From the IMG/VR virus record IMGVR_UViG_3300035181_002482: 20,000 nt of DNA. The stretch is one strand, 5' to 3'. Below are positions 7,297-15,195 of the stretch, piece by piece (the first letter of the stretch is position 1; the number at the start of each line of letters is the position of its first letter). The notes beneath the pieces were generated by a model. It had not been told where the DNA came from and ran no database searches. It worked only from the letters and a program-made list of their open reading frames with translations. Both the position numbers and the translations under genes were made by a program. Origin of the DNA: an uncultured virus (IMG/VR IMGVR_UViG_3300035181_002482). Its lineage: Duplodnaviria; Heunggongvirae; Uroviricota; Caudoviricetes.

Positions 7297-8316
7297 TTAG
7301 CTGCGCTTCTTGATCGTGATGGTGAGCTTGGGGGATTCCGCCTCGCCACGCCCGACCGGCTTCCAGATCGGCTCGCGCAGCGTCGCGATGTGACCACAGC
7401 CACGCTTGAGCGGCTTCACCATGTAAGCGCCGGACTCGTTGATGATGTGCTCCGCCGACATCGGCTGCTGCGACACGGCGGCATCGACGATGCGCTTGTA
7501 CCACTGCAAGATCGACGCATAGTTGAGGATCACAGCTGCCCGCTGCCGGAGCATCTCGGCGAGCGCCTTGCGCCCCTCGCGCACGGAGGCAGCCGCGAAG
7601 CGAGGGAAGGTGCCTCGGAAGGGAACATCGATATCGGAGATAAACTTGAAGCCCAGCTTGGTGACCGTCACGCGATCACAGGTCGCGGGGAAATCGGGGC
7701 GTGGCGTCACCGACGCATCCGGCTCGAAGGGGCACAAGTCGTTGGCCTGATCCCGGAGGTTCTTGCTCTCGAGCTTGCATCGCTGGGCGAGGATGCCGAT
7801 CAGGACGTACATCGCGCCGCCGAAGTAGCTGGCCATCCTCGATGGCAGCTTCTCGGGCAGGGTCTGCTGCGTCGAGTTTCCCTCAGCGAGGAAGACCCGC
7901 GTCGACGGCGCCGAATACTTGCCCTCGCCGTATGCCCCCACGAGCAGGGTTCGGAGCTGCATCGGACTCGCTACGTTGCGATCGTGGAGGAAGACACCGA
8001 AGCGGAGATAGTCCGACGATGACGAGAGGCGGGTGATGACCCCCCCGCGATCACGCTCGCTCAGGAGCGCCGAGAGCCGCTTGCCAGCCGTCGCCGGACG
8101 GTACTTGTTGTCGATCGTGATCTGGCTCATCGGGGCGCGGAGGGCGGCATACGCCAGCCTGTTGAACTCGGGGAGATCATCGAAATATCGATGTCGATCG
8201 ATAGAGGAAGGGATGATGGCCTCGAGCACCTCCTCCACGAGGGGGAGCACATCCTGATCGAACCGGGTGGCGGGACGGTTACGGCGGAGACGAAGGTCAG
8301 CGTGCGCGAGGATCAT
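7297..8316 (-). CDS. Hypothetical protein, 339 aa, between loader and helicase
   Basis: ATGA overlap with the loader gene and 3-nt gap to the helicase; normal codon bias; no motif recognised. Confidence 0.8.
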   Translation of the reverse strand: MILAHADLRLRRNRPATRFDQDVLPLVEEVLEAIIPSSIDRHRYFDDLPEFNRLAYAALRAPMSQITIDNKYRPATAGKRLSALLSERDRGGVITRLSSSSDYLRFGVFLHDRNVASPMQLRTLLVGAYGEGKYSAPSTRVFLAEGNSTQQTLPEKLPSRMASYFGGAMYVLIGILAQRCKLESKNLRDQANDLCPFEPDASVTPRPDFPATCDRVTVTKLGFKFISDIDVPFRGTFPRFAAASVREGRKALAEMLRQRAAVILNYASILQWYKRIVDAAVSQQPMSAEHIINESGAYMVKPLKRGCGHIATLREPIWKPVGRGEAESPKLTITIKKRS

Positions 8317-9188
8317 AAAATGCTCCAGGCAGCGTTGGGACGGAGCGGGTCGTTGGTAAGGGAGATCATTCGATAGTGCCCGTAACGGACGGGGATCGTA
8401 TCGGAAATGCCAAGGAAGGCTGTGACGGCGTTGGGCTGAAGATCACCACACTCGCCGATCCTGTTGGCGGTGATGATAGTGGGGAGCAAGCTCTGCGTAC
8501 GCACCTGGAGGATGCGATGCAAGCGTTCGACAAGGTCGGCAGCGGCGAATCCGGTGGCTACCCAGCGAAGGTCGTCGACAACAAGGAGGCTGGCCTTTTC
8601 GACAGCCGCCATAGTCTCGCGCACGACCGGGCCCCGCTGCTGGATGATCTCGTACAGGTGATCGCACGAGAGCCAGTACGGTTTCCACGAGTCGCGCCAG
8701 CCGGTCGGATCGAGGTTGCGCTTGGTGGCCTCGAGGGCGAGCGACGTAGCCAGCGCCGACTTGCCGCAACCCTTGCCACCATACAGCAAGAGGGAGAGAC
8801 CCTTGGTGGCGACGTCGTGACCCCATTCGGAGAAGAACTGGCAGGCGTCGTTGTCCTCCTTGCTCATCATCCAGGCCGTGCTGTTTGGGAAACGATCTTC
8901 GAAAGCGGCGCTGTCCTCCTCGCTGACCATCCCGTGATCAACGGGGTAGCCGGAATCCCAGTAGTATCGAAGATAAGCCCGAGGGAAGCCCTTATCCCAG
9001 AGCTGTTGAGCAGCGTAATACATTGTCCAGCAAGCACAGCGCGTCTTGCCGGTGTGATTCGTGAACATGCTGATCGATGTCGAATCGAAGCTTGCTGCCT
9101 TGGAAGGGACGAACATCGCCCCCTTGCAAACAGGACACCCATTGCAGAAGTCGAAGGGAGACCCCCACTGATCTAGCCAGTTGGCCAT
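8313..9188 (-). CDS. DnaC/DnaI/IstB-like AAA+ ATPase (helicase loader) with N-terminal Zn finger
   Basis: CPVCKG...CAC; SLLLYGGKGCGKS (Walker A); LLVVDDL (Walker B); LHRILQVR...LPTIITAN (sensor I); C-terminal DPLR. Confidence 0.88.
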   Translation of the reverse strand: MANWLDQWGSPFDFCNGCPVCKGAMFVPSKAASFDSTSISMFTNHTGKTRCACWTMYYAAQQLWDKGFPRAYLRYYWDSGYPVDHGMVSEEDSAAFEDRFPNSTAWMMSKEDNDACQFFSEWGHDVATKGLSLLLYGGKGCGKSALATSLALEATKRNLDPTGWRDSWKPYWLSCDHLYEIIQQRGPVVRETMAAVEKASLLVVDDLRWVATGFAAADLVERLHRILQVRTQSLLPTIITANRIGECGDLQPNAVTAFLGISDTIPVRYGHYRMISLTNDPLRPNAAWSIL

Positions 9189-9194
9189 AGGATC

Positions 9195-9222
9195 ACTCTA
9201 ACCTTTCGCTGACCCGATACAA
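9195..9222 (-). promoter_or_regulatory. Promoter TTGTAT-N16-TAGAGT, leaderless (6 nt to ATG 9188)
   Basis: Same geometry as the promoters at 13008, 16610 and 19650; the gene has no SD. Confidence 0.7.
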
Positions 9223-9250
9223 GGCCCCGGGGCGGGAGGGCTGGACACGC

Positions 9251-9277
9251 TATGACCCCTCAGAAACCGGGGTCATA
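9251..9277. repeat. Perfect inverted repeat TATGACCCC-N9-GGGGTCATA (operator or 5' hairpin)
   Basis: 9-bp arms at 9251-9259 and 9269-9277, overlapping the predicted start of the transcript from the 9283-9311 promoter. Confidence 0.75.
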
Positions 9278-9282
9278 CAAGC

Positions 9283-9311
9283 GACCTAACTCTGCTAACC
9301 AGGCGTGTCAA
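9283..9311 (-). promoter_or_regulatory. Promoter TTGACA-N17-TAGGTC
   Basis: Perfect -35; the -10 context GTTAGGTCGC matches the TTAGGTTGC family. An ATG 6 nt downstream opens an 8-codon ORF (9276-9250). Confidence 0.7.
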
Positions 9312-9319
9312 CAGAGATT

Positions 9320-9500
9320 CGACATCACTGCAGGATGGGGAGGATCTCCCACTGGATGCCCACGGTTTCGATAACCTCGCACAGGGAGGGTGGTTATCAG
9401 CTGTGCTAGCTCGATGCTATGGATCGTGGTTCCACACTGATCCAACAGCAGGCAGAGGGATCGAGGTGTCCGTGCCTGGAGTCTTGCCCTCCCTCCCCGG
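9320..9500. ncRNA. Candidate structured RNA (family and strand unknown)
   Basis: Intergenic region with several stems: 9370-9376/9392-9398; 9400-9404/9445-9449 enclosing 9407-9410/9416-9419 and 9421-9425/9439-9443; 9449-9454/9473-9478; and loop-distal complement 9383-9390/9487-9494. Confidence 0.35.
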
Positions 9501-9503
9501 ATG

Positions 9504-10568
9504 CTAAGGCTGGTCCTCCTGCCACACCAGGGGGGCGCCATCGAGCCCGCGGCTCTTCCTGGTGTACTGCCCCGGCCCCCAGGCTTCGTACCACGCCCAG
9601 GGGCAGCGGGCGGGCGGGTTGGCCATGTGCCCGGTGAGATAGGCCGCGTTCTGGGAGTTGATCATGATCTTGATGTTCGGCCCCCAGGCCGCCACACGAG
9701 GATCGATGCTCATGGTCTGCCCCTCGGCGAGACGCTGACCGTTGCGCTTGTTCTCGTACACCAGCTGACCGGCGTCCGTGATCGACACGAGACGAAACCC
9801 CTCGCGATGCGGGTGTGATGGCGGTATCCAGCCGAATCGAATCTGCGTGGGAAGTTCGACGCCACCCGGCAGACCCCACTGCAGGAGGAGGTTGACCTTC
9901 CAGCCCTCGTTGGCCTGGGGGAGCCGGCGGCTGTGCGTCATCTGCTCCGTGAGCAACATGCGCAGCACCACCTCCATGAAATAGGGCATCGACAGCTTGG
10001 ATGATGCCATGCGCCCCTCGTACATCTCGTCGAAGGCGGCGAGAGCGACACCGCGCCCGTTGCGCTGCATCTGCCACACCAGCTCGACGGCCTTGGCGAG
10101 ATTGGCGGGGATCATCACTCGTCCACGCGCATCGGCCGCCCAGGTATCCGTGCATCCGGGGATGCGACGTCCGAGTACCCGGCAGTCATCGAGGAATCGA
10201 ATCACGTTCTGGCAGAACGCCTCACCGCGGAGAATGAGCATTCCCACCATGGCGAGATTCGACTTCGAGACGATGTCGGTGAACTTGCTGACCCGGAGCA
10301 TGGCCGGCGGAAGCAGCCGAACCAGGAGGCAGATGGCGATCTCGAGGATGCCTTCGATCGGGGCGCCGAGGATCTGGACGTCGGCCGGAATCGAGATGCG
10401 CTTGGGCCCGATCCGCTTGGCCAGGAGATCAGCGTCGAAGTGCCAGAACGCGGCGACGTAGCCGGCGTCGTTGGCCCAGGGCTGTCCACGGAGATCGAGA
10501 TTGACCTGTTCGAGAACGCGCTGCCACGCATCATCGGTGAGGAGTTGTGTTTTCAGGACGGGGTTCAT
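9504..10568 (-). CDS. Hypothetical protein, 354 aa
   Basis: Long ORF with strong GC3 bias and ATGA overlap with the upstream 61-aa ORF; no motif recognised. Confidence 0.82.
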   Translation of the reverse strand: MNPVLKTQLLTDDAWQRVLEQVNLDLRGQPWANDAGYVAAFWHFDADLLAKRIGPKRISIPADVQILGAPIEGILEIAICLLVRLLPPAMLRVSKFTDIVSKSNLAMVGMLILRGEAFCQNVIRFLDDCRVLGRRIPGCTDTWAADARGRVMIPANLAKAVELVWQMQRNGRGVALAAFDEMYEGRMASSKLSMPYFMEVVLRMLLTEQMTHSRRLPQANEGWKVNLLLQWGLPGGVELPTQIRFGWIPPSHPHREGFRLVSITDAGQLVYENKRNGQRLAEGQTMSIDPRVAAWGPNIKIMINSQNAAYLTGHMANPPARCPWAWYEAWGPGQYTRKSRGLDGAPLVWQEDQP

Positions 10569-10750
10569 TCTTCGCCTTTCGATGTCTTGGGCTTGCGTTG
10601 ATATCGAACGAGGCGCTGCCCCTCCGGCGTGAACGTCGAGACCGTCGATGGACGAGCGGGGAACACCCCTCCCTGCGGCTTGAGGAACGGGTCCTCGGGG
10701 TGAAGCTCGTCCGGATAAAGGATCACGGGGAAACGTTCTTCGTTCGACAT
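10565..10750 (-). CDS. Hypothetical protein, 61 aa
   Basis: ATG start; stop overlaps the next start (ATGA); fills the gap. Confidence 0.7.
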   Translation of the reverse strand: MSNEERFPVILYPDELHPEDPFLKPQGGVFPARPSTVSTFTPEGQRLVRYQRKPKTSKGEE

Positions 10751-10764
10751 AGAAATCAGGGGTT

Positions 10765-10828
10765 GAGGGAAAGGAATGCCCAGCCTGCCCTGGGCTGGGG
10801 GCCAGGGAGGCAGGGAGGCGTCCGCCTC
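10765..10828 (-). terminator. Possible terminator/processing hairpins after the SNF2 gene
   Basis: Stems GAGGC/GCCTC (10815-10828) and CCCAGCC/GGCTGGG (10779-10799), followed by a pyrimidine tract CATTCCTTTCCC. No true poly-U. Confidence 0.3.
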
Positions 10829-10836
10829 GCCAGAAA

Positions 10837-12633
10837 CTAGCCCAGGGAGGCCAAGATCTGCTCGGGGCTCATCTTGGCCAAGTGCGCCTGCGCCTCGAGG
10901 ATGGAATCAACGAGATTGCCCTTCTCGGATACCCGGCCGAGCACAAGATCATCGACGGTGTCTTCGGCGTGCAGGAAGATGATATGCGCGGGGGATGCCT
11001 TGATGAGGCTGATCTTATCGGTCGCCGTGGCGTTGACCCGTCGATGAATTCGATCGAGGCTCTGACGGAAGAGCACCGTCGAGAACGGGATATCGACATA
11101 GACCGCCGTGCGACATCGGGATAGAAAGTCGACACCGGTGCCGCCGAAGGCGGGGATCGCCACAGCCACACGCTGCGGTGATGTATCCCAGCTCGCGCCG
11201 ATACGGAACATATCCTCGGGCGTCTGCCCACCGTAGAGCTTGATCACCCCATAGTGAGCGAAGCGCTCGGCGATGATATCGACCGCATCACGGAACTCGG
11301 TCCAGATCAGGATCTTCTCATCCTCGTTCGAGAGCACCTCCTCAAGGATGGTGTCGAGCGCCTCGAGCTTGGCGCTGTCGCCATCACGGCTCAGGATCTT
11401 CGGGGATACCAGGCATTGCCGGAGGCGGATGACGCGCGTCATCGCCGTCGTGATGGCGAGCTTACTCCCTTCCTCCTTCTCGGGCGTATCGTAAACGCCC
11501 TTCTTGATATCGACGTAAAGCTTCTTCTGATCACCGGTAAGCGTGATGTCGCGCGTCGATTCAACCTTATCAGGAAAGCCCTTCAGGTCCGCCTTGCCAC
11601 GCCGGATCATGCACCTCGAAAAGAGCCGCTGCAGATCGGGGATGTTCTTGGGACCAGCATCCTGCATGATCTTCCGGGGCCCCAGCTGGATGGCCTGACG
11701 GGCAATGAAGTGACCCAGGAAGCGCGTATGCGATGGCAGCACAGATGGCTCGACCATCCCGAGAAGCGAGTAGGCATCCACCGGTGATTCGCTGACCGGG
11801 GTTCCCGTGGCGAGCCAGATGCGCGTCCGTCGCTTCTTTGAATTCGATGCGCTCACCAGGAAGCGCGCGGCGATGGTCCGCTTCGAGGATGAATTCTTGA
11901 GGTGGTGCGCCTCATCGCACACAATGGCAGCGAAGGGGATCTTGACGAGCTGATCGACCACCTCCGACCAGGGTTGCTTGCGCTTGGTATCGTGTGAAAT
12001 CAGGCAATCGTAATGCACCACGAAGACGTCTGTTGGGCGCTCCTGATAGATGCTCAACGTTGCCGCTTGCTCTTTCCGTGTATTGCCGATCATGGCCACC
12101 TTGAGGGAGGAGTGCTTCTTGACCTCCTTCACCCAGGCGGGCTTGACGCTGTTGGGGCAAAGCACAAGGAGCGGCCCCACCTCACCCATCTCGCGCAGCT
12201 TCGAATAGGCGGTGAGCAACATCAGGCTCTTGCCCGAACCCATCGCATCCGCGAGGATGATCCCGGGCCGGTGGAGCACGAACCTGACGCCCGCCCGTTG
12301 ATCCGAGTAGAGGTTCGTCGTGATGAGCGGGGCGTCGAGCGGGCTGCCATCACGCGAGGCTTCATGCGCGATGCTATCGAGTGAAGCCTCACGCTCGAAG
12401 GCTTCTATCGCTGCATCGGTGGCGCCCCGTCCCTCGGTGCGCCCGGCGGCATCAAGCCTCGCCTTGAGGGATTGGATATCCCACCAATCCAGACGCCACT
12501 TCCCGAGATCGGGGACATAGCGGGCCGAGAGCAATGCCTCCAGGTGCTGCTTCAGCTCGGCGTCCCCCGCGTGGGTCACGACGAAGTCTTCGCCGTCGTG
12601 ATCGATGTGGAGAAGTATACCCTCGTCCATCAT
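10837..12633 (-). CDS. SNF2-family (SF2, DEAH) helicase/translocase
   Basis: LYSDQ (Q motif); ILADAMGSGKS (I); LVLCPNSVKPAWVKE (Ia); CDEAHHLKN (II); LATGTP (III); SAKLEAL, KILIWTEF (IV); GGTGVDF (V); QSLDRIHR (VI). AAGGAG RBS; start is 12633 or 12630. Confidence 0.95.
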   Translation of the reverse strand: MMDEGILLHIDHDGEDFVVTHAGDAELKQHLEALLSARYVPDLGKWRLDWWDIQSLKARLDAAGRTEGRGATDAAIEAFEREASLDSIAHEASRDGSPLDAPLITTNLYSDQRAGVRFVLHRPGIILADAMGSGKSLMLLTAYSKLREMGEVGPLLVLCPNSVKPAWVKEVKKHSSLKVAMIGNTRKEQAATLSIYQERPTDVFVVHYDCLISHDTKRKQPWSEVVDQLVKIPFAAIVCDEAHHLKNSSSKRTIAARFLVSASNSKKRRTRIWLATGTPVSESPVDAYSLLGMVEPSVLPSHTRFLGHFIARQAIQLGPRKIMQDAGPKNIPDLQRLFSRCMIRRGKADLKGFPDKVESTRDITLTGDQKKLYVDIKKGVYDTPEKEEGSKLAITTAMTRVIRLRQCLVSPKILSRDGDSAKLEALDTILEEVLSNEDEKILIWTEFRDAVDIIAERFAHYGVIKLYGGQTPEDMFRIGASWDTSPQRVAVAIPAFGGTGVDFLSRCRTAVYVDIPFSTVLFRQSLDRIHRRVNATATDKISLIKASPAHIIFLHAEDTVDDLVLGRVSEKGNLVDSILEAQAHLAKMSPEQILASLG

Positions 12634-13001
12634 GGCTCCTTGATCACGTCCTGCGCGGCATCCGGCAGGGTAAACCCGTACAGCTCACACGCTTCGACCA
12701 TGATGGTCTTGAGTGTAACATGGGGGTTGGCCTGACAAGGGAGGACCATCTGATCCTCGCCGATGAATACGCGCACCCTGACCTCGGGGTTGATCTCGAA
12801 AAGGATGTATTCATCCGAGCCATCCTGATCGATACGGGCGCGCAGGTAGGGGCCGACCGGTCCATCCTCGAAGGGCTTGGGAAAGTGCTGGAACGAGGCG
12901 CCGAAGAGGGTGAAGGAATTCCCCTCCTGCATGATGTCGATGATCTTCCGCTCCTTCGGTTTCACCGGCTCGGGTGTCTTGTGTTTCTTTCTCTTCCACA
13001 T
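12630..13001 (-). CDS. Hypothetical protein, 123 aa, basic N-terminus
   Basis: Leaderless promoter directly upstream; stop overlaps the SNF2 start (ATGA). Confidence 0.8.
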   Translation of the reverse strand: MWKRKKHKTPEPVKPKERKIIDIMQEGNSFTLFGASFQHFPKPFEDGPVGPYLRARIDQDGSDEYILFEINPEVRVRVFIGEDQMVLPCQANPHVTLKTIMVEACELYGFTLPDAAQDVIKEP

Positions 13002-13377
13002 ACCCGCAACCTAACCGCGGATAATCGGCTGGCAAGTCTTCCTCGGGAAAACTAACCTTTTGCCGGATCAGCGCGGCCTCGGATTGCACAGTCTGCGTGC
13101 ACCAACGTCGATACACTTGCCGCGAGAAGGTCAGCCCCGAGCAGGGTGTGATCGCATCATGTCGAAAACTGAAACCAAGGTAGCCGACGATCTCGCAAGC
13201 CACGGCGCGGTTGCGCCCGAGCGGGGTGTTGCTCAGGGCGCGCAGCTGGTGGAAGCCTTCGCGGATCGGTAGCCAGAGGCTGCAGAAGGGAAGATCACCC
13301 TCCGTTTGCACCCAGAACCCAATAAACCGGGTCTTGATATCTCGTTCTTCACGGAGCGTGATCAGTCGCGACGCCAT
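12811..13377 (-). CDS. Hypothetical protein, 188 aa; the last ~63 codons overlap the next gene out of frame
   Basis: ATG 16 nt after the exonuclease stop, preceded by GGGGGG; fills an otherwise empty ~370 nt gap. The long 3' overlap is suspicious. Confidence 0.45.
   Translation of the reverse strand: MASRLITLREERDIKTRFIGFWVQTEGDLPFCSLWLPIREGFHQLRALSNTPLGRNRAVACEIVGYLGFSFRHDAITPCSGLTFSRQVYRRWCTQTVQSEAALIRQKVSFPEEDLPADYPRLGCGYVEEKETQDTRAGETEGAEDHRHHAGGEFLHPLRRLVPALSQALRGWTGRPLPARPYRSGWLG
13008..13035 (-). promoter_or_regulatory. Promoter TTGCCA-N16-TAGGTT, leaderless (6 nt to ATG 13001)
   Basis: Shares TTAGGTTGC with the promoters at 16610 and 19650. Confidence 0.8.
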
Positions 13378-13393
13378 CCCCCCAACGTAGCGT

Positions 13394-14374
13394 CTAGAGG
13401 GTCATCATCGCACGAACGAACGGCTCGAGGGCCGGCGTGCTCCGATAGGTCGGCAAGGATCGAAGCTGCCCGCCGGCCTTCTGCAGATCATGAAAGCCCA
13501 GGGCATAGGGCAGAACCATGGGATCGCTCAGCGGGGCCTGCTCCCAGGTTACCGCCGCCGCCTGGATCGCCTCGCGGTCCATCGGCAGGCCCGGCCCGGG
13601 GTTGGCCAGGGTGGGGAGCGCGATCAGGGTGCGGGCGAAGAGGGTCTGATCCCGGTATCGAACGAGATCCCGCTTCCAGCGCTCCCGCGCGCTGCCCAGC
13701 ATGGGATCATCGAAAAGCACCTCGAGCGATGGGTACTGCTGGATCAGCGCCTTGGCCTTCGCTGCCCCGATCCCCGGCGGATGGAAGATGTCGTCGCCGG
13801 CCGCGCCCGAGAGGGCAGCGTGATCCGCCCAGCGATGCACACCCGCCCCGATCTCGGCCTGAACGAAGTCCTGCGTCAGCTCCCGTTTCGATATCGGATC
13901 GTACATCGTGACGAAGGGCCCGAGGAGCTGGCAAAAGTCACGGTCACCGGATGCGATCACGACCTCCTGGTTGCTGAAGGCATCGGGACGTCGATAAAAG
14001 CTCGTTGCGAGCGCGATCAGATCATCGGCCTCGACACCAGGAGCGCTCACCTGAAGCACACCGACCATGCGGAGGAGCTTTTGCACCTCCGCCGCTTGAT
14101 CGTGCATCGATTCGAGGCTGATCGGCAGGGTGTTCTCACGCCCGACACGCGATGCCTTGTACCCCTCGAAGACACGCTTGCGCCAGTGCGGTCTCCCCTT
14201 CTCGTCCCAGAACACGATCAAGTGTGTAGGCTTGATCTTTTCCACCATCTGAGAGAGCAGGGAGATGGCCCCAGCGATCACTCCCGTCAAGTGACCCTGG
14301 GATGACTTCAGGTGAGGATAGGCGGAGGCAGCTCGATAAAGGAGAGGTTGACCGTCAACGAGAAGGACCTTCAT
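13394..14374 (-). CDS. Stand-alone 5'-3' exonuclease / flap endonuclease (PolA N-terminal, T5 D15 / T4 RNase H-like)
   Basis: LLVDGQPLLYRA; VFWD; WRKRVFEGYKASR; GVEADDLIA; IASGDRDFCQL; H3TH ALSGAAGDDIFHPPGIGAAKAKALIQQYPSLE. Confidence 0.95.
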   Translation of the reverse strand: MKVLLVDGQPLLYRAASAYPHLKSSQGHLTGVIAGAISLLSQMVEKIKPTHLIVFWDEKGRPHWRKRVFEGYKASRVGRENTLPISLESMHDQAAEVQKLLRMVGVLQVSAPGVEADDLIALATSFYRRPDAFSNQEVVIASGDRDFCQLLGPFVTMYDPISKRELTQDFVQAEIGAGVHRWADHAALSGAAGDDIFHPPGIGAAKAKALIQQYPSLEVLFDDPMLGSARERWKRDLVRYRDQTLFARTLIALPTLANPGPGLPMDREAIQAAAVTWEQAPLSDPMVLPYALGFHDLQKAGGQLRSLPTYRSTPALEPFVRAMMTL

Positions 14375-15195
14375 TCATCAAGAGTAGCCATGCTCGAATA
14401 CATGGCATCGAGGAACGTGATCTGATCAGCCAGATGAGCATCGCTTGCCAGGAGAACATCGACCCCGGCAGCACGGAGCACTGCCAGCAGTGCGGGTGTC
14501 CCGGGGTGCTTCGGGGAGACCACCCATGCGGCGCCCAGGAGGCGCATGGCGGGCGCCAGATGCTCGGCGCGGGCTAGCTCCAGGAGAGCCCCGTAAACGC
14601 GCTTGGCACCCCGCCCTAGCGCCAGCCGGAGCCGTGCCTCCGTGTTGACCCGCGGCATGAGCCGGAGGCTCGCCTGCCAGGGCCCCGGCGGCGGCTCGCA
14701 GCTCAGGCGCCCATCCGGCAAGACCTCGATGTCGTACACCGCATCACCCGTGATCCCGTGCTTGGCGGCGAGCATCATCCACCCGTTCGCATGTCGATAA
14801 AAGGCAGCGATCTCCATACCCGGCTTGAACCCCGGGGCGTGATCCATGAGCGTAACCCCGGTCATCTTCCGCTCGATGGCCATGGCCAAGATCGATTCCA
14901 TGTCGATCCCGTCCGTCGCACTCGATGGCATCCCATGATCGACCAGGCACACCGGGAAGCAGCTCGGGGCCACCTCAACCAGCCGCGGGGAGGGCAGCCC
15001 CGCCAGGGCCAGCTGCACCTCCTCGAGAATCGATGGCCCCAGCCCCCTGCCAGTGAGCCCCCGGATCGTCGCAAGAGAGATCTCCTTCCCCGTCAGCAGC
15101 CTGGCACCATGCGAGAACGCATGGGCCCTCCCCCGATCCCCCGCCGCCTCGTACTTCGCCGCAATGGCGAGAAGGCGCTCGACCGGATCAATCAC
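14371..15195 (-). CDS. PolX-derived protein: 8-kDa lyase/HhH domain fused directly to a degenerate PHP domain, with no polymerase core
   Basis: N-terminus IAAKYEAAGDRGRAHAFSHGARLL...RGLGPSILEEVQ matches the PolX pattern LA..YE..GE..R..AY..AA...GIG..IA.KI. PHP motifs SATDG...MAIERKMTGVTLMDHAP, IEVLPDGRL and LASDAH. Only 274 aa. Confidence 0.75.
   Translation of the reverse strand: MIDPVERLLAIAAKYEAAGDRGRAHAFSHGARLLTGKEISLATIRGLTGRGLGPSILEEVQLALAGLPSPRLVEVAPSCFPVCLVDHGMPSSATDGIDMESILAMAIERKMTGVTLMDHAPGFKPGMEIAAFYRHANGWMMLAAKHGITGDAVYDIEVLPDGRLSCEPPPGPWQASLRLMPRVNTEARLRLALGRGAKRVYGALLELARAEHLAPAMRLLGAAWVVSPKHPGTPALLAVLRAAGVDVLLASDAHLADQITFLDAMYSSMATLDE

Noticed and set aside
6049..8022. Long plus-strand ORFs (657 aa here; also 15..542, 719..2074, 3240..4013, 4766..6001, 8376..9176, 13490..14305, 19109..19891)
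   Set aside because: Antisense shadows of GC3-biased minus-strand genes that carry clear motifs. They have no recognisable domains or start signals.
8313..9188. IS21 element (IstB)
   Set aside because: No IstA transposase or terminal inverted repeats. The N-terminal Zn finger and position before helicase and primase fit a helicase loader.
9364..9402. Hammerhead ribozyme (minus strand CTGATAA...GAAAC)
   Set aside because: The core should be CUGANGA with a C3-G8 pair and stem II directly abutting GAAA; neither holds.
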